Positions 27,168-39,255 of a stretch of 64,000 nt of DNA are shown here, piece after piece. The stretch's first letter is position 1; the number at the start of each line of letters is the position of its first letter. The stretch spans positions 31,496,001 to 31,560,000 of the forward strand of contig CM097886.1 of assembly GCA_044892525.1 (NCBI GenBank), given 5' to 3'. Below the pieces are notes generated by a model. It worked only from the letters and a program-made list of their open reading frames with translations, ran no database searches and was not told the origin of the DNA. A program made the translations under genes and the position numbers. This stretch comes from Schmidtea polychroa. Taxonomy: Eukaryota.

Positions 27168-30100
27168 TGTTGGGGTTACACCTCGGCTGACCATTCTACC
27201 ATGTTGGCGGGTCTAAGGGTTGATTGTCCATCTCGAATAAAAGGTGCCACCGATTTGTCAACCTGGAGTGAAACCCCACATAACTTTCTTCCAACATAGT
27301 GCCCGTGAATCACTTCACGTTGGTACTGCACTATGCAGGCGAGACGCCAGCAAGCAGGTGAGCTTCTGCCTTAAAACTACTCCTTGCTGAGGCCTCGACT
27401 TCCCATTCACGACTGCCGATAGAAGGGCTTACGTCCATTTCCTTACACAACCACCTATCAGGATTCGCTGAATGCAAATTGGGAAATTCTCACTAGATCT
27501 TGCGGGTTCTCTACTCAACCCACTTAATTAAAGTCTAATTATTCATGAACGAAAACGTGTAAGACAACAAGATTTATTAATTTCAACGTTATGACACAAG
27601 GATTCAGCTGTACACTTTACTAATGTTTGTCGAAAGAAGAGAAAACATCATAATCAACATAGATCGGATCCTTGTTCCCCATCCTGACCGCCACTGGGGT
27701 TTTATTGTTTCTCCCATTCAGTGTCGGCGAATAATTCGTCGAGGTTGAAAAACTCGGAAGCGTTCTCTTCCCACCTTACGCCAGCGGCTGATATGATTCG
27801 CGCTGAGGGTCCCGTTGTTAGGTCGATGGACACGTGAGAGTTGCCACCGTTGGTTGAGTCCTCTATTGATGGGATGTTTGGCTTTGCAGTAGCGCGCTCG
27901 CGCTGTCTCTTCTTGCGCTCTGCACGAGAGAGTTGTTTACGCTTGGGTTTGCTTGAAGATGCCACTTGCAGAAGGGTGACTGATACAGATGGACTAGCAG
28001 TGGGGGGCTTACTGGTACCCGTGATGACAACGTCTGGACGCTTGGGGGACCATTCGGTTTCGACGCAGTCTCGGCACGGTCTCTTGAACGGTGGAGATGG
28101 ATTCGAGGAAAGGTTGTGATGAGGCGGAAAGATGTCATCGGCCTCTCGGATGGGAATCTGCACGATTTTTCGGGTTGTAGCCGCCTGCACGTAAACCTTA
28201 TGCAGTGCCTCGGATTGTTCTCTGATTAGACTTCTTTGGGCGCGGCTCTCAGATATTAGCGCGTCCCGGCAATGCTCGCTACGATCGAGCTTCTTTTGGA
28301 TCTCTTTCATCCGAGCGGGACTAAACCATGTCCCTTCCAGCTCGTCTATCTTCCTCTTGTAACGTCCAATCTGAGTTTGTAGGTCCTTTATCACCGTATT
28401 TTTATCCGCGCACGAGAAGCACGGCCGTAATGCCGATTTAGTGGTTGGTAGCATGCTTGCTATAAATAATACTAATGAAATGGAGAACATACGATTTTAG
28501 AATAAATTAGATACGACCCGCGTCCATTCGTGGATACTTGACCGTCGAAAAGAAGGAAAACTTATTCTACAATCCGGCTTTACTACGGATCTTAGTTGTT
28601 AAAACAGTTTATTTAACCAAATGCCATCGGCTTGACGCATGTTATTAACTTTGACTATCTATTGATCTAACTGTATGCATGAGGGACGTAATAATTGATA
28701 GGGTGTAAATATAATATTGGTGAAATAATATAATAATACTTTAGTAGAGGGACATTATAGTATGCGACCAAACCTTGCTATATGTTATCTATTTTAATTT
28801 ATTAAAAACAAATTACTATCGCTCTCAACATATTTTTGATTCGAAATTTGTTATTGGAAGTGCACTTTTAATTCGGTAGGGAATGTGATTATCTATATTG
28901 TCTACCATTGGTCTGAAAATATGTGATGAGTTTACATCAGCCATTACTTTACCACCCTCATGGAAAATCCCATCGGTCATAACATATCCAAATTTACGGA
29001 TACTGCTGTCGACTGGTTGATTACATTATCGACCTATTGTGAATGTCACGTGTCGCGACTACTATGTATGCTAGTCTGATATTCTGTGCTCTCACCGCAT
29101 GGATTCGTGTATGGCTACTATCTTATCTCACTCACTTGGTGTATGCCATTTTCACGGTGATTTTATCGATCCTGCTGTTGTATGATTTTCTCTGCACAGT
29201 GATTTATTTGAGTTATGATTTATGCTACCGCCAGTTCTCATCGCGGAATTTTACCCTTATCAACTTGTGTGAATGATCACCATCGTTTGGAAATTTATTG
29301 GATCTTTTCAGTGATCGTCGAGGGAATAATTCTACCAAATACTGGAGCATATTACTACTCTCGTCATTCTACTCGGATTTGCCTATTCAGATGTAATGCC
29401 GTCTCGATGAAACCTGTCCTTTTCTCTCAGGTTCAATAATTTGGATATATACAGAGATGACCTGGCTCTTATTGTAGAAATAAATGTTATTAATTAAATT
29501 TGGTGATATTTTACCTGTTTATAATTTTTGAAATAACTAAGTCTATAAAAACTTTCTGATTATAATACTAGAGAGGTTTTCGTAGAATCTCGCATTTTAT
29601 AGTTTCGAGTTAGTTAAAGTTTTTAGAATACTTTCGTAACTTGACATACAATCTGGACAGGTTAGATGACATTGGGTCTATGATAATGGAATTTCATACG
29701 AATTTAGTTCTACTGAGTCCGGCAAATAGACGTTGTCGCAATTAATTTGATAAACCCATGTTTCCAGATGAAGCGTACTATGAGATGTTGTTATTTTTGA
29801 CGAAGTTCACTAAATCGTGGTCTGGATCTCTTTTTTCAATAGGGGTAAGACTTACGAAAACGACTTGACGAAAGAAGAATGCGACGCCCTTAATCACTGT
29901 GCAAATCCTTGAAAATCCCTTCATTCGTATGACTATCTTTGTGAAATCATTGTCTACCGGTTATTTTTTATCCATACCCCATTGTGATAATTTAGTCGCA
30001 TCTTCAGCGATAGGACCCGTGAAGAAGCCTTCACATTTCGGCCCAATCTAGCTGCGCGATTGAAATACTCCATGTCCACCGGCTGAGCTCCCGAAGGCAC

Positions 30101-31009
30101 CTCATACCATGACATGGAGTATCTCAACTCCACGTTACTCGTTAAATGAAAATTCATAAAATCTTTAATTCAGATAAAATACGGACATCTGGATAAAAAT
30201 ATTTTATTGATTCTGAAATACTTAAATAATACAAATTCCATCAATACGTTAAAGTTATTAAAATGGAGAATCAAATGAAGAGAGTTAACTAAAATGTTTA
30301 ATCGTTAATATTTAACATTATTATTAGCTTTGCAAATACTTAAATAAATCTATAAACAAATGAAATACCCCTTACTATTGTTAGGCTGAGTCAAAATTCA
30401 ATGTTGTTCGTTCCAAATAGTTCTAATGGTGGTCCGTTGGATGTCGATTATTGTGATGAATGGTATTTCGGTCTCTGAACTGGTTTTGAATAGTTGTGGA
30501 GTTTTCTGAATGACGGTTGCTTGGCTAGTAGTGTCGATCCTATGAAATGCTCGGGGTTAACAGTAAACAGTAAACATTCTTTCTTACCTATGAAATGCTC
30601 GGGGTTAACAGTAAATTTAATGTTTTTGGTAGTTGTATATATATCAAATTCTTATTTGTGCGGACCAATCAGAGTTGAGTACCGCTTATTTCTATTAATT
30701 TAATATAATTTTCTTGTTTTTAGGTTGTTTTTTCCTTATTTTCTTTATTTTTAATATGTTTTTCTATTTATTTCCTTAATTTCCTTATTATTTCTTGAAT
30801 TCCTCTTTATTTATTTGTCAACTTGTTCTATTTTAATCTTTTCTTAATTTTATTTTTTTTTGTTTTAATTCTTATGTCTTAATTATTATTTTCCTTATAT
30901 CTTATTCTATTTTATTTCTGATTTTATTTATTTTATTTTTATTTTTCTTAATGTTCTACTTCCCCACTTTCTTATTTTTCAACGATTAAATTTTCGACTC
31001 AGCCCAACA
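27168..31009 (-). repeat. 5' LTR (3,842 bp)
   Basis: Copy of 1114-4955, followed on the minus strand by the PBS. Confidence 0.97.
27702..28490 (-). CDS. LTR-encoded protein (262 aa); 5' LTR copy
   Basis: Identical translation to 1648-2436. Confidence 0.8.
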   Translation of the reverse strand: MFSISLVLFIASMLPTTKSALRPCFSCADKNTVIKDLQTQIGRYKRKIDELEGTWFSPARMKEIQKKLDRSEHCRDALISESRAQRSLIREQSEALHKVYVQAATTRKIVQIPIREADDIFPPHHNLSSNPSPPFKRPCRDCVETEWSPKRPDVVITGTSKPPTASPSVSVTLLQVASSSKPKRKQLSRAERKKRQRERATAKPNIPSIEDSTNGGNSHVSIDLTTGPSARIISAAGVRWEENASEFFNLDELFADTEWEKQ

Positions 31010-31829
31010 CTCGGGTGAACAATAAAATTTTGAAAAAAATAATAATAAAATATTGCAACTTGGCTCAAACCTTTTAAGAACAAAAAGAAATACATTTTCT
31101 TAGAAATTTGATTTAATATAAACAATTTATTGTGGCTTCACTGTGATATTTTCTAAAAACATCCTACTACACATAAAGAAACGTTTCACTCGTTACACTG
31201 ATAACGAGTTTCCGGTCGAAATTTTTTCTGGGCATATATAAAATGTAAACGAGTATACTCTGTTGGAAACAAAATGAAACAGACAGCGCAGAACTTTATA
31301 ATATTTAACACTAGATTTACGGATAAAATTAGCCGTAAAAATAAGTATACTTAATTCGATATGCGAAGTGAGGGATTCGGTAGAGGAGAGTAATTAATAT
31401 TTACCTATATTTCATGACGTATCTAAAAATGAACATATGTATTCAAAAAATAAAAAATAAGTATTATATATATGTAGCAATAGAATTTTAAATGAGTCAA
31501 ATTGGCTCAGTTCTTAAATTTAGTGTTAATATGCAGTTTGCCCGAGTATTCTCGGGATATACCAAATTTGCTTTTTTTATTGCCCAAGTATACTCGGATG
31601 AGACAGTTAAGGGATTAACTTTGATTTCAGTTGTAATACTTTATGTAATTTGTTTAAACCAATAGTATTTATGATAACAATTTAAAAACTTACCTAATTT
31701 ATAAGTTTACTTAGATTTAATTGTTTTAATTACTTTTTTACAGCTTTCATTAGTATTTTAGTGATGAATATTAAAATGATATTTATTAAATAAAAATAAG
31801 TTGTTTTAATATTATTGTGTAATTTAATA

Positions 31830-32478
31830 CACCTAAAACTAGATTTGCGTTGTTCGGAATTGCGTCGTTTACGAAGTTGCGTCGTTAATTAGTTGACGCT
31901 ACAAATTGTTACAAAGAAATTTATTTGGAAAAAAAATCTTTGTCAATTCAGCAAACTTTGGACAGTTTTTTGATGAAATTACCACAACAACCAAATCAGC
32001 CAATAGAAATTACTATTGATAAAGAATCTTTAAGTTCAGGATAAGTTCAGAATGCTATTTTAAAAATTATACTTTCTGTGAAATTTATTGAATTTTTGTT
32101 GTTTTAATTTATAATTTTTTATGTTGTTTTATTTAATGTGAGGTCTTTAAGTTTAAAATGAATTAAAGGATTTAAAAAATTATCAAATGTAAAAATTATA
32201 AATTTTATTAATTTAGCAAACTTTTGTTTTAATTTAATAATATTTTAAGATTTTTTATTTAATGTACTGTTTTAATTTATAATGAATTAAAGTTTCTGTT
32301 GATATTCATACACTTATGATATAAAAACATGTTTTATTAAAAAAAATTTGGTTTTTTTCATGAAAATTACTACAAGATACCAATTAATGAAATCTGGTAT
32401 AAATACATACGATAAATTATTTCGATTTGCGTCGTCTTTCTACGGTTCCAATTAACGACGCAAATCGAGGTTTAGGTG
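31830..32478. mobile_element. TA-flanked MITE (Tc1/mariner-like)
   Basis: TIRs CACCTAAAACTAGATTTGCGTTGTT and revcomp CACCTAAACCTCGATTTGCGTCGTT, TA on both sides, internal TTGCGTCGT subrepeats. Confidence 0.75.
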
Positions 32479-34598
32479 TATATTTGAAAAATAATTGAAA
32501 ATTTTATTACTACTATTGTTGTGAAATTAATTGGAACATTTCCCATTTTTGGTTTGCTATTTATGATAATTACCTTTGTGTGTACATTGTGTGTGTGCTT
32601 TTATTTGCTATTCTTTTGTATCGTTTTGGTTAGATTATTTGATATTGATTTTGGAATTAGCTTTCCTTGTTTTAAAAAGTTTAAAACTGAATTCAAAAAT
32701 AAAACTTACGTGTCTTAGTTAGTTCTATGGATATAAATATTCAAATAGATGAAATTATATCAATTATTTGTTTAACAAGAAAGGCTAAAAATTATGCAAA
32801 TTCGAAAAATATAATTACAAACACATTATCAACGTTCAATACAGAATAATGTTAGTTTTGTTACGGATGTGCAAAGAAATTGAGAATCATTATGACATTT
32901 ACGTTAATGACAACAATAAGGTTATAACGCCATTGAATATGAATAAAGATTTTAGAGGAGTTGGATTTAATAACCGCCGCAAACATTTCGATATAGCATC
33001 GATAAATCACGCAGATCAATATCTGAAATCTGTCAATAATGTTATTTGGAGTATAAAACTACACTATGATGCTATAAGACTTAGAAAAGCTCCAATCCCA
33101 ACTCAAATTGATGGATGGATTGAACAACATGATCAAAATTGTGAACCAAAAAGGTTGAATTTAATGCATTTTATAAAGAAATCAAACTTCTTTTAAGACT
33201 ATGAACTTTCAATTTTTGCATTTATTGAATTTTTTCCAGTGTGATTAAATTTTTATATTTTAAATGTGAAGTGTAAAATTACTTGTTATAATGCACCTTA
33301 TTGAAGCAGTGTTGAATGTCATTTTCCTAAATTTGGAAGTTTTCTAATTACTCTATTCAAAATTTCTATTAAGTTCTGTGAATTCATTCGAATTATTTCC
33401 AATTAAACTTGATGAACTACTAAATAGGACAGAGATGTTGACTCTCAGCACGCCATGTCATCAAGGTTTATGTACAAAACCTTGAAAAATTTTAATGTAA
33501 ATTTCTATAAAAAATAAATTTACTTAGAAAGTTATTAAAATATTCCTATATGGATTTATTTTAACATGTTGATGGACACAAAATGTACTGAAAGTTCAAA
33601 ATTTGACAATCCGAAATATAGAAACAAACAAGTTTAAACTTTCACAATAAAATAATTTGCTGTGCCATAATGATTGTATTGATAGGCCGTATTGTGACAC
33701 AATGTGCACAGGTTTATACTGTTAAATGGACGAACTGATTGTCACAGCCGTCGTGTCACAAATTTGAAATCTTGGATGACGGCCGTAGCCGGTTTATCCG
33801 TCAATGTGTTAATACAATTAGTAATTGTTTAAATTTGAAATTTAAAGTTGTCTAATTTATAGTTCCTTGGGCTTTTTTTTAATTTATCGTTCACCGGAAC
33901 AATTTTCCAGTTTATCGGTAATGAAGTAACTTTGAAAAATTAATAAGCGAGAGATAAAAAGTACTCACTGACGTAAAATAGTAAGTAAAAAAATTATGAA
34001 AAACATTACATGTAAAATAAATATCGTAGTGGCCTCTCTCGATCGTTCTTTGTGATGAAGGGAATTTTAGAAAAATATAGAGGTTTTTAATTTTATTTTG
34101 TATTGAATTTGAATAGTAATTCTTTTATTTTTCCATTTCCACAAATTAAATTAGACACTTTTTCATTCAATACCATTATTTAGTTTGTTAAAATTATCAG
34201 TATATACACAACATAAATTTTCATAAATAATTTAAGATTTATAAGAAAACGTCAATCAAACATTCTTTTCACGATATATTTCGACAGTTTTTCTGTCATC
34301 ATCAGGTGGGATATAATAAATATATAAATTAAGGATTTTAAACAAATTTATTAATTTTATTAATTATATAAAAAAATTTTTATTATTTAATAAAAACATT
34401 TCATTTCTTAAAAATCATAATTAAAATTATATATTATTTTTAAAAAATTTTTAACGTTTATAATTTAATTTAATAATTTAAAAGATTTTATTAATTAATT
34501 CATTTAACAAACAACAATCAATACATACAATATTCAAAAAATTATTTAAAAATATTTAAAACACAAGTATTCACTGCATTCTGCATATTAATTTTCAG

Positions 34599-35870
34599 AT
34601 TCAAACATCCCAAATTTCTTTACAGACGAAAACGGGACACCACAAAAATGGCTAGAATTCGCCAAACTAACATTAAGTCTATCAGGCATCAAATCATCAA
34701 AAACAGTTTTCTCTCACATAATTGCCGCCCTTCCAAGCAACATCCTCAACGAAATAGCCGATAGAATAGAGGAAATATCAAAGGATGACAACCCTTTCGA
34801 AAACTTGTACAACACCCTAATAAACAGGAACAAAATAAACAGACGAGAACTATTCGAATCCTGTTTAAAAGATATACAATTGGGTAATGACAAACCGTCT
34901 GAATTCCTGCGAAATTTAAAAACAAAACTCGAATACTTACAACCTAAAATAACAAGCACCGGGTCAAAAGAGTTTATCAAAGACCTATTCATATGCGCAA
35001 TGCCACCTGAAATACGCCGGATTCTAGCTGTCAGCAACTGTACAGACCTCGAAACTCTGGCAAACATAGCAGACAAAATCAACGACGAAATATACCCAAC
35101 AATATGTAGAACATACCAAAACAAAAATTATTCCAAAAACAACGACCAAAACATTCCGGTACACAATAGCTCAGAAACAACAGAAACGAATAAACTCCTA
35201 TAAACTTTGGTAACAAAATTCGACGAAATAATTATCGAAAACAAAAGTCTAAGAAAAGACATTACCGAATTACAAAGAAGAGAATCCAGGAGAACGCAAT
35301 ATTATGAAAACAGGCAAAATTATCCAAGACAAAATACAAGATCAGGCAGTCGCAACAGCTTTGACAGAAATAAAACAACCAGAATAAATGCACAAACCAA
35401 AACTATTGTTATTACCACAATAAATTTGGGAATAAAGCATACAAATGCAACAAACCCTGCACCTTCTACAAAGAAGAGTCGGGAAACATATAAAGTCACC
35501 AATGATAGCACCGACAATTGGTGACAGCCAAACTTTCACGGTGCATAGCAATGGCCTTAATTTTCTTGTTGATTCAGTTTCAATAATTTCATTGTTACCG
35601 AATTACCTATACAAAAACACAAAAACTGAAACCGCGAATTTGTGCGCAGCAAACGGCAGCCCAATTAAAAAGTTCGGAAAGCAAAGCATTAACATCACCA
35701 TCAACAACACACAATACAATTGGCAATTCACTATCGCCGAAGTCAAACAAGCCATTTTAGGAGCAGATTTCCTCTCAAACTTCAATCTACTAGTCGACTG
35801 TAAGAATGGAAAAGTCATACCAAACAATTTAAATAACATACACCACAAAAATAAACAATCTAAAAAACAA
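34599..35870 (+). pseudogene. Decayed Ty3/gypsy gag-protease fragment (CsRn1/Mag-like Gag)
   Basis: LGNDKPSEFLR...LFICAMPPEIRRILA...LANIADKI; CYYHNKFGNKAYKCNKPC knuckle; FLVDSV (DSG lost)...AANGSPI...AILGADFL. Split over three frames with no RT. Confidence 0.85.
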
Positions 35871-36738
35871 ATCAATTGTGACATCGGAGTAATAAAAAAA
35901 AATAAAAGAACTTTGAAAAATCTCTTATCAACCTTTACAACCGAAATTAGAATCATCAAACTCTGCAAACAACTCAATAATATTTAAATTTCCATTATTC
36001 ATTTTAAATTATTTTATAAATTAAATAAATGTATCGTTAAAAATAATTAATTTTGATTTGAGCTACATAAAATTCTGAGAATTTTTTAGAAAAACAATAA
36101 AAATCGTTAAAATTAAACAATTTTGATTTGATCTACTTATTTTTTATTTGTCATATATGATCCAGAGGTGGCCTGTGTTTTTGGTATACATAAAACTCTG
36201 GAAAATTATGTGAAAAAATAATATAAATGATGAGAAATTACTGAGTTTGATTTCACCTACATAAAACTAAAGATCTCGGGAAATAATAAAAACTTAGTTT
36301 TATTGTTATATAAATAAATTTACATTAAATTTAATTGTTATGAACCAGAAAACAAGATTTATAGAAACCAATTTTAAAATTATATCTTTATTTCTCCAAA
36401 TTGTCTCTGGCACAAAAAAAAAGATCTTGGTACTTAAAACAAAAAGTTTCGCCATCCCGGTTATGAGGAAGTTGATAGATTCTTAAAGATTTAATTAGAA
36501 ATTGTGTTAAATTTAAAAAAATTTTATTTTTGAAAAATATTTTAAAAAGAAGACTGAAATTTGTTTAAATAACAAAAATAAGAAAGACAAGTTTTTTGAG
36601 TGTAAAATTTATTGAATAAAATTTATGCAATTATTTAGAGATTTGCAAACAGATATTAATGTTGTAACGGATGAGAATCTTAATACATGTTATGAGAGAT
36701 ATTCCAAAAAAAGGTCAAAAGAATTTTTAATAAATTAC

Positions 36739-37575
36739 TTGAAATTCATTTGATAGTCCATTTAAAATGTTTCGTGAGTCCATGTTCTGAGTTTTTAATG
36801 TTTCGATATCTCTCTAAATATATAGCTTGATTGATTAAATAATACATTATATGATATGCCTTACATGAAAGTCTTGGTTTGTTAACTTTAACACTTCTAT
36901 TTCTTGAATTTTTTCATTGAAAATCCCCTGTAGTTCATAAAATGCATCCTAAAACAAAATTAATAAAAATTCAGATTATGTTACTAAGTACACCTGATTC
37001 TGTCCATTGGTGGTTTTAATTTCTTGGACTTCATTATTCAAATTTCCTGTCTGCAGTTTCAAATTTTCAATATTTTTTTTCAAATTTTTATCAATGACAT
37101 CCATCAACATTTTGATGTGGTCATCTTCATGAGATCTCAAATGGTCTTTGATGCTATCATGAGTTATGTCGTCTAAGTCGCAACCAATATTCTGATATGG
37201 ACAGTTGATAATTTGAAATTTTCCTTTTTCAATGTGCTCTCCCATTTTTGACAACTCTAATTCGACTTTGCATGATTGTTCTGGGCATTTGACCTTTAAA
37301 TTGGAAATCATGTTGTTTATCTGATAATTGATAGCAACGGATTTTTTCGAAATAATTTTACATTTATTCGTTGTACCCGGACACATTTTATCTTCATCAC
37401 CAAGATAATTTTCTATGCATTCTAGACAATATGTACATCCGCACGGTACACTATGAGGATTTATCATTATTTCCCCACATATCCGACACAGACATTCCGC
37501 ATCAATTTTGTCAACTGGAAATTTATGCTTCTTTAATATTTCCCAAACGTCTGTATAACCTAAACTATTATTCAT
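36739..37575 (-). CDS. Host TRAF-like gene (RING, zinc finger, coiled coil): exons 37575-36994, 36948-36865, 36813-36739; 3' end not resolved
   Basis: CRICGEIMINPHSVPCGCTYCLEC...CPG; LKVKCPEQSC; INCPYQNIGC...HLRSHEDDHIKML. Two GT-AG introns of 45 and 51 bp keep the frame open. No MATH exon found. Confidence 0.8.
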
Positions 37576-38421
37576 TTTGTGTAACAATTTGGAAGATTAT
37601 TATCAAGTTATATATGATTAAATATATGTGCAGTGAACACGAATGGTCAAAGTTCCATATTCCAGTAAATAGTACCAATATAATTTATTCATAGTGAATA
37701 TGTTAAAACAAAATATTTGTGATTAAAAAAATGGTAATAATAATTATTATTATTGTTGACTAAAATCAGGCTTGAGACTAAAATTATTAATTTTATTTTT
37801 GCACATCGAAAACACAGTGCAAAGAAACTAGCAAGTTTAATCAGAATCTAAAAAACCAATTATTTTGACCAATTAAACAAAACAAAAACGTCAAAGAAAA
37901 CTGAACAAATAAAAAAACATGAAAAATTAACTAAAATAAAAACAAGTGCATCAAGTATAGTACGGAAATAAATAAATATATAACAAAAAGAACAACAAGG
38001 TGAAACAAGTTTTAAAATCAAAATGGAAGTAAGAAAAGAAAAAGTGAAATGAAGTGAAATTATTGAAACAAAATGAAATTTAATAAAATATATAGTCCAT
38101 CGTTATAATTCCATTAAATTAGAAGAGAAAAGAATAAAATGGATAAAAATATTTAAAAGGTTAATGAAATACATTATGATGACGAAAAATAAGACAATAA
38201 AATTAAATAAATGAAAAGAAAAATAGAACAACGAAAATAAATAAAAATATTTAGACTTGTTTTATCACATGAATTACTCATATAGAAATACACAAACAAA
38301 ATGATTATCAAAAGTGATACGTAAACGCGAAAAGTTAACGTTTATGCACATTAGAGAGTTTTGGAAAAATCTCAATATAATCAATAGTAAACACTTTTGA
38401 TTTGTTTGGGTTATACAAAAG

Positions 38422-39255
38422 CGGAGCGGGACATTTCAGTTCCATCCGAATCAGTCCTGGTCAGATCAGTCCCATCCGAATCAGTCCCGTCTGCTTCAAT
38501 CCCAACCAAATTCATATAGATGTTATACATGTTAATAAACAAAATCAAAGGACATCTACATAATATTCCTCGGGAATTATTAGTTCGGCTAAGTTGGTTG
38601 GATTTGCTACAGCCATGGCCAATCGATTTCTGATCCTTTGAATAACCTTATTGTTTGCATCTTTATTTGGCATCTGACCCATCGTTACTAGATCGATACC
38701 CTGTATGACATGGTTTATGATTTGTGCAGGTTGTTCCATTGTTTCCTCGGCTCGCCTCTTATCGATGTTTTAACTTTAACCACCTCAAATCGAGCAGCAT
38801 TGCTTCCGTGACTGTGACTTCCACTTCTATTGACTATGGCATCGTTAAGATCAGTATGAATCCGGGCTTTTATTGTCCCTGATTATCGCATCTCGAGAAC
38901 TTCTTGTGTCCTTTTGCGCTCATTTTGTGGAAGCTGAAAAGATGCCCTTCATCTGCCAACTTCTTACGTTCTCGTTGAGACTTCAAATCATCAGTCATGA
39001 CGGTTAGTTTAGTTAAAATTTAACGTTTTGCGAATAAATATATTAATAATTCCTAATATTTACTAATACTAATGTTTTTGTTTACATTTGTCTAAGCGTG
39101 TTTTCGTTTTCTTTTCGTCACAATGTTTCATCCAAAATAAGGCCTTAGGACTTAAACGGTCAGTACTGAAACAGTCGGGACTGATTTGACCAGGACTGAA
39201 TCGATGGGACTGAATCGGCGGGACTGAAACGGTGGGACTGAATAGTCACGGACCG
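38422..39255 (-). mobile_element. Internally deleted MULE/Mutator-type DNA transposon
   Basis: 9 bp TSD ATACAAAAG (38413-38421, 39256-39264). Imperfect TIRs begin CGG..CG.GAC..TTCAGT.CC with CAGTCCC subrepeats. Frameshifted FLYWCH-like remnant (ARIHT...HSH) runs into ORF 38545-38739. Confidence 0.85.

Larger units (their letters stand above)
1114..31009 (-). mobile_element. Giant (29,896 bp) Ty3/gypsy-type LTR retroelement with env and accessory genes, full length
   Basis: Direct repeats 1114-4955 and 27168-31009 at constant offset 26,054. Both start TGTTGGG and end CCCAACA. CTCG flanks both outer ends (1110-1113, 31010-31013). PBS lies next to the right-hand LTR. Pol order is PR-RT-RH-IN on the minus strand. 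Confidence 0.97.
921..31614. mobile_element. Degenerate piggyBac-like non-autonomous element (about 0.8 kb) split by the giant LTR element
   Basis: TTAA at 917-920 and 31615-31618. Ends CCTCTTAACGGTC and revcomp TCCCTTAACTGTC match at 10/13. A GAGTATACTC-type motif recurs at 1103, 31251, 31543 and 31586. Confidence 0.5.

Noticed and set aside
1114-31009. The two 3.8 kb copies as a segmental duplication or assembly artefact
   Set aside because: TG...CA termini, a matching 4 bp TSD, an adjacent PBS and enclosed gag-pol all fit LTRs.
1114-31009. Polinton/Maverick or endogenous DNA virus
   Set aside because: Repeats are direct rather than inverted, no pPolB, packaging ATPase or capsid is seen, and RT/RNase H are present.
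32849-33196. 115 aa ORF as a gene
   Set aside because: TTG start, preceded by an in-frame-looking segment ending in a stop, no recognisable motif; at best a pseudogene fragment.
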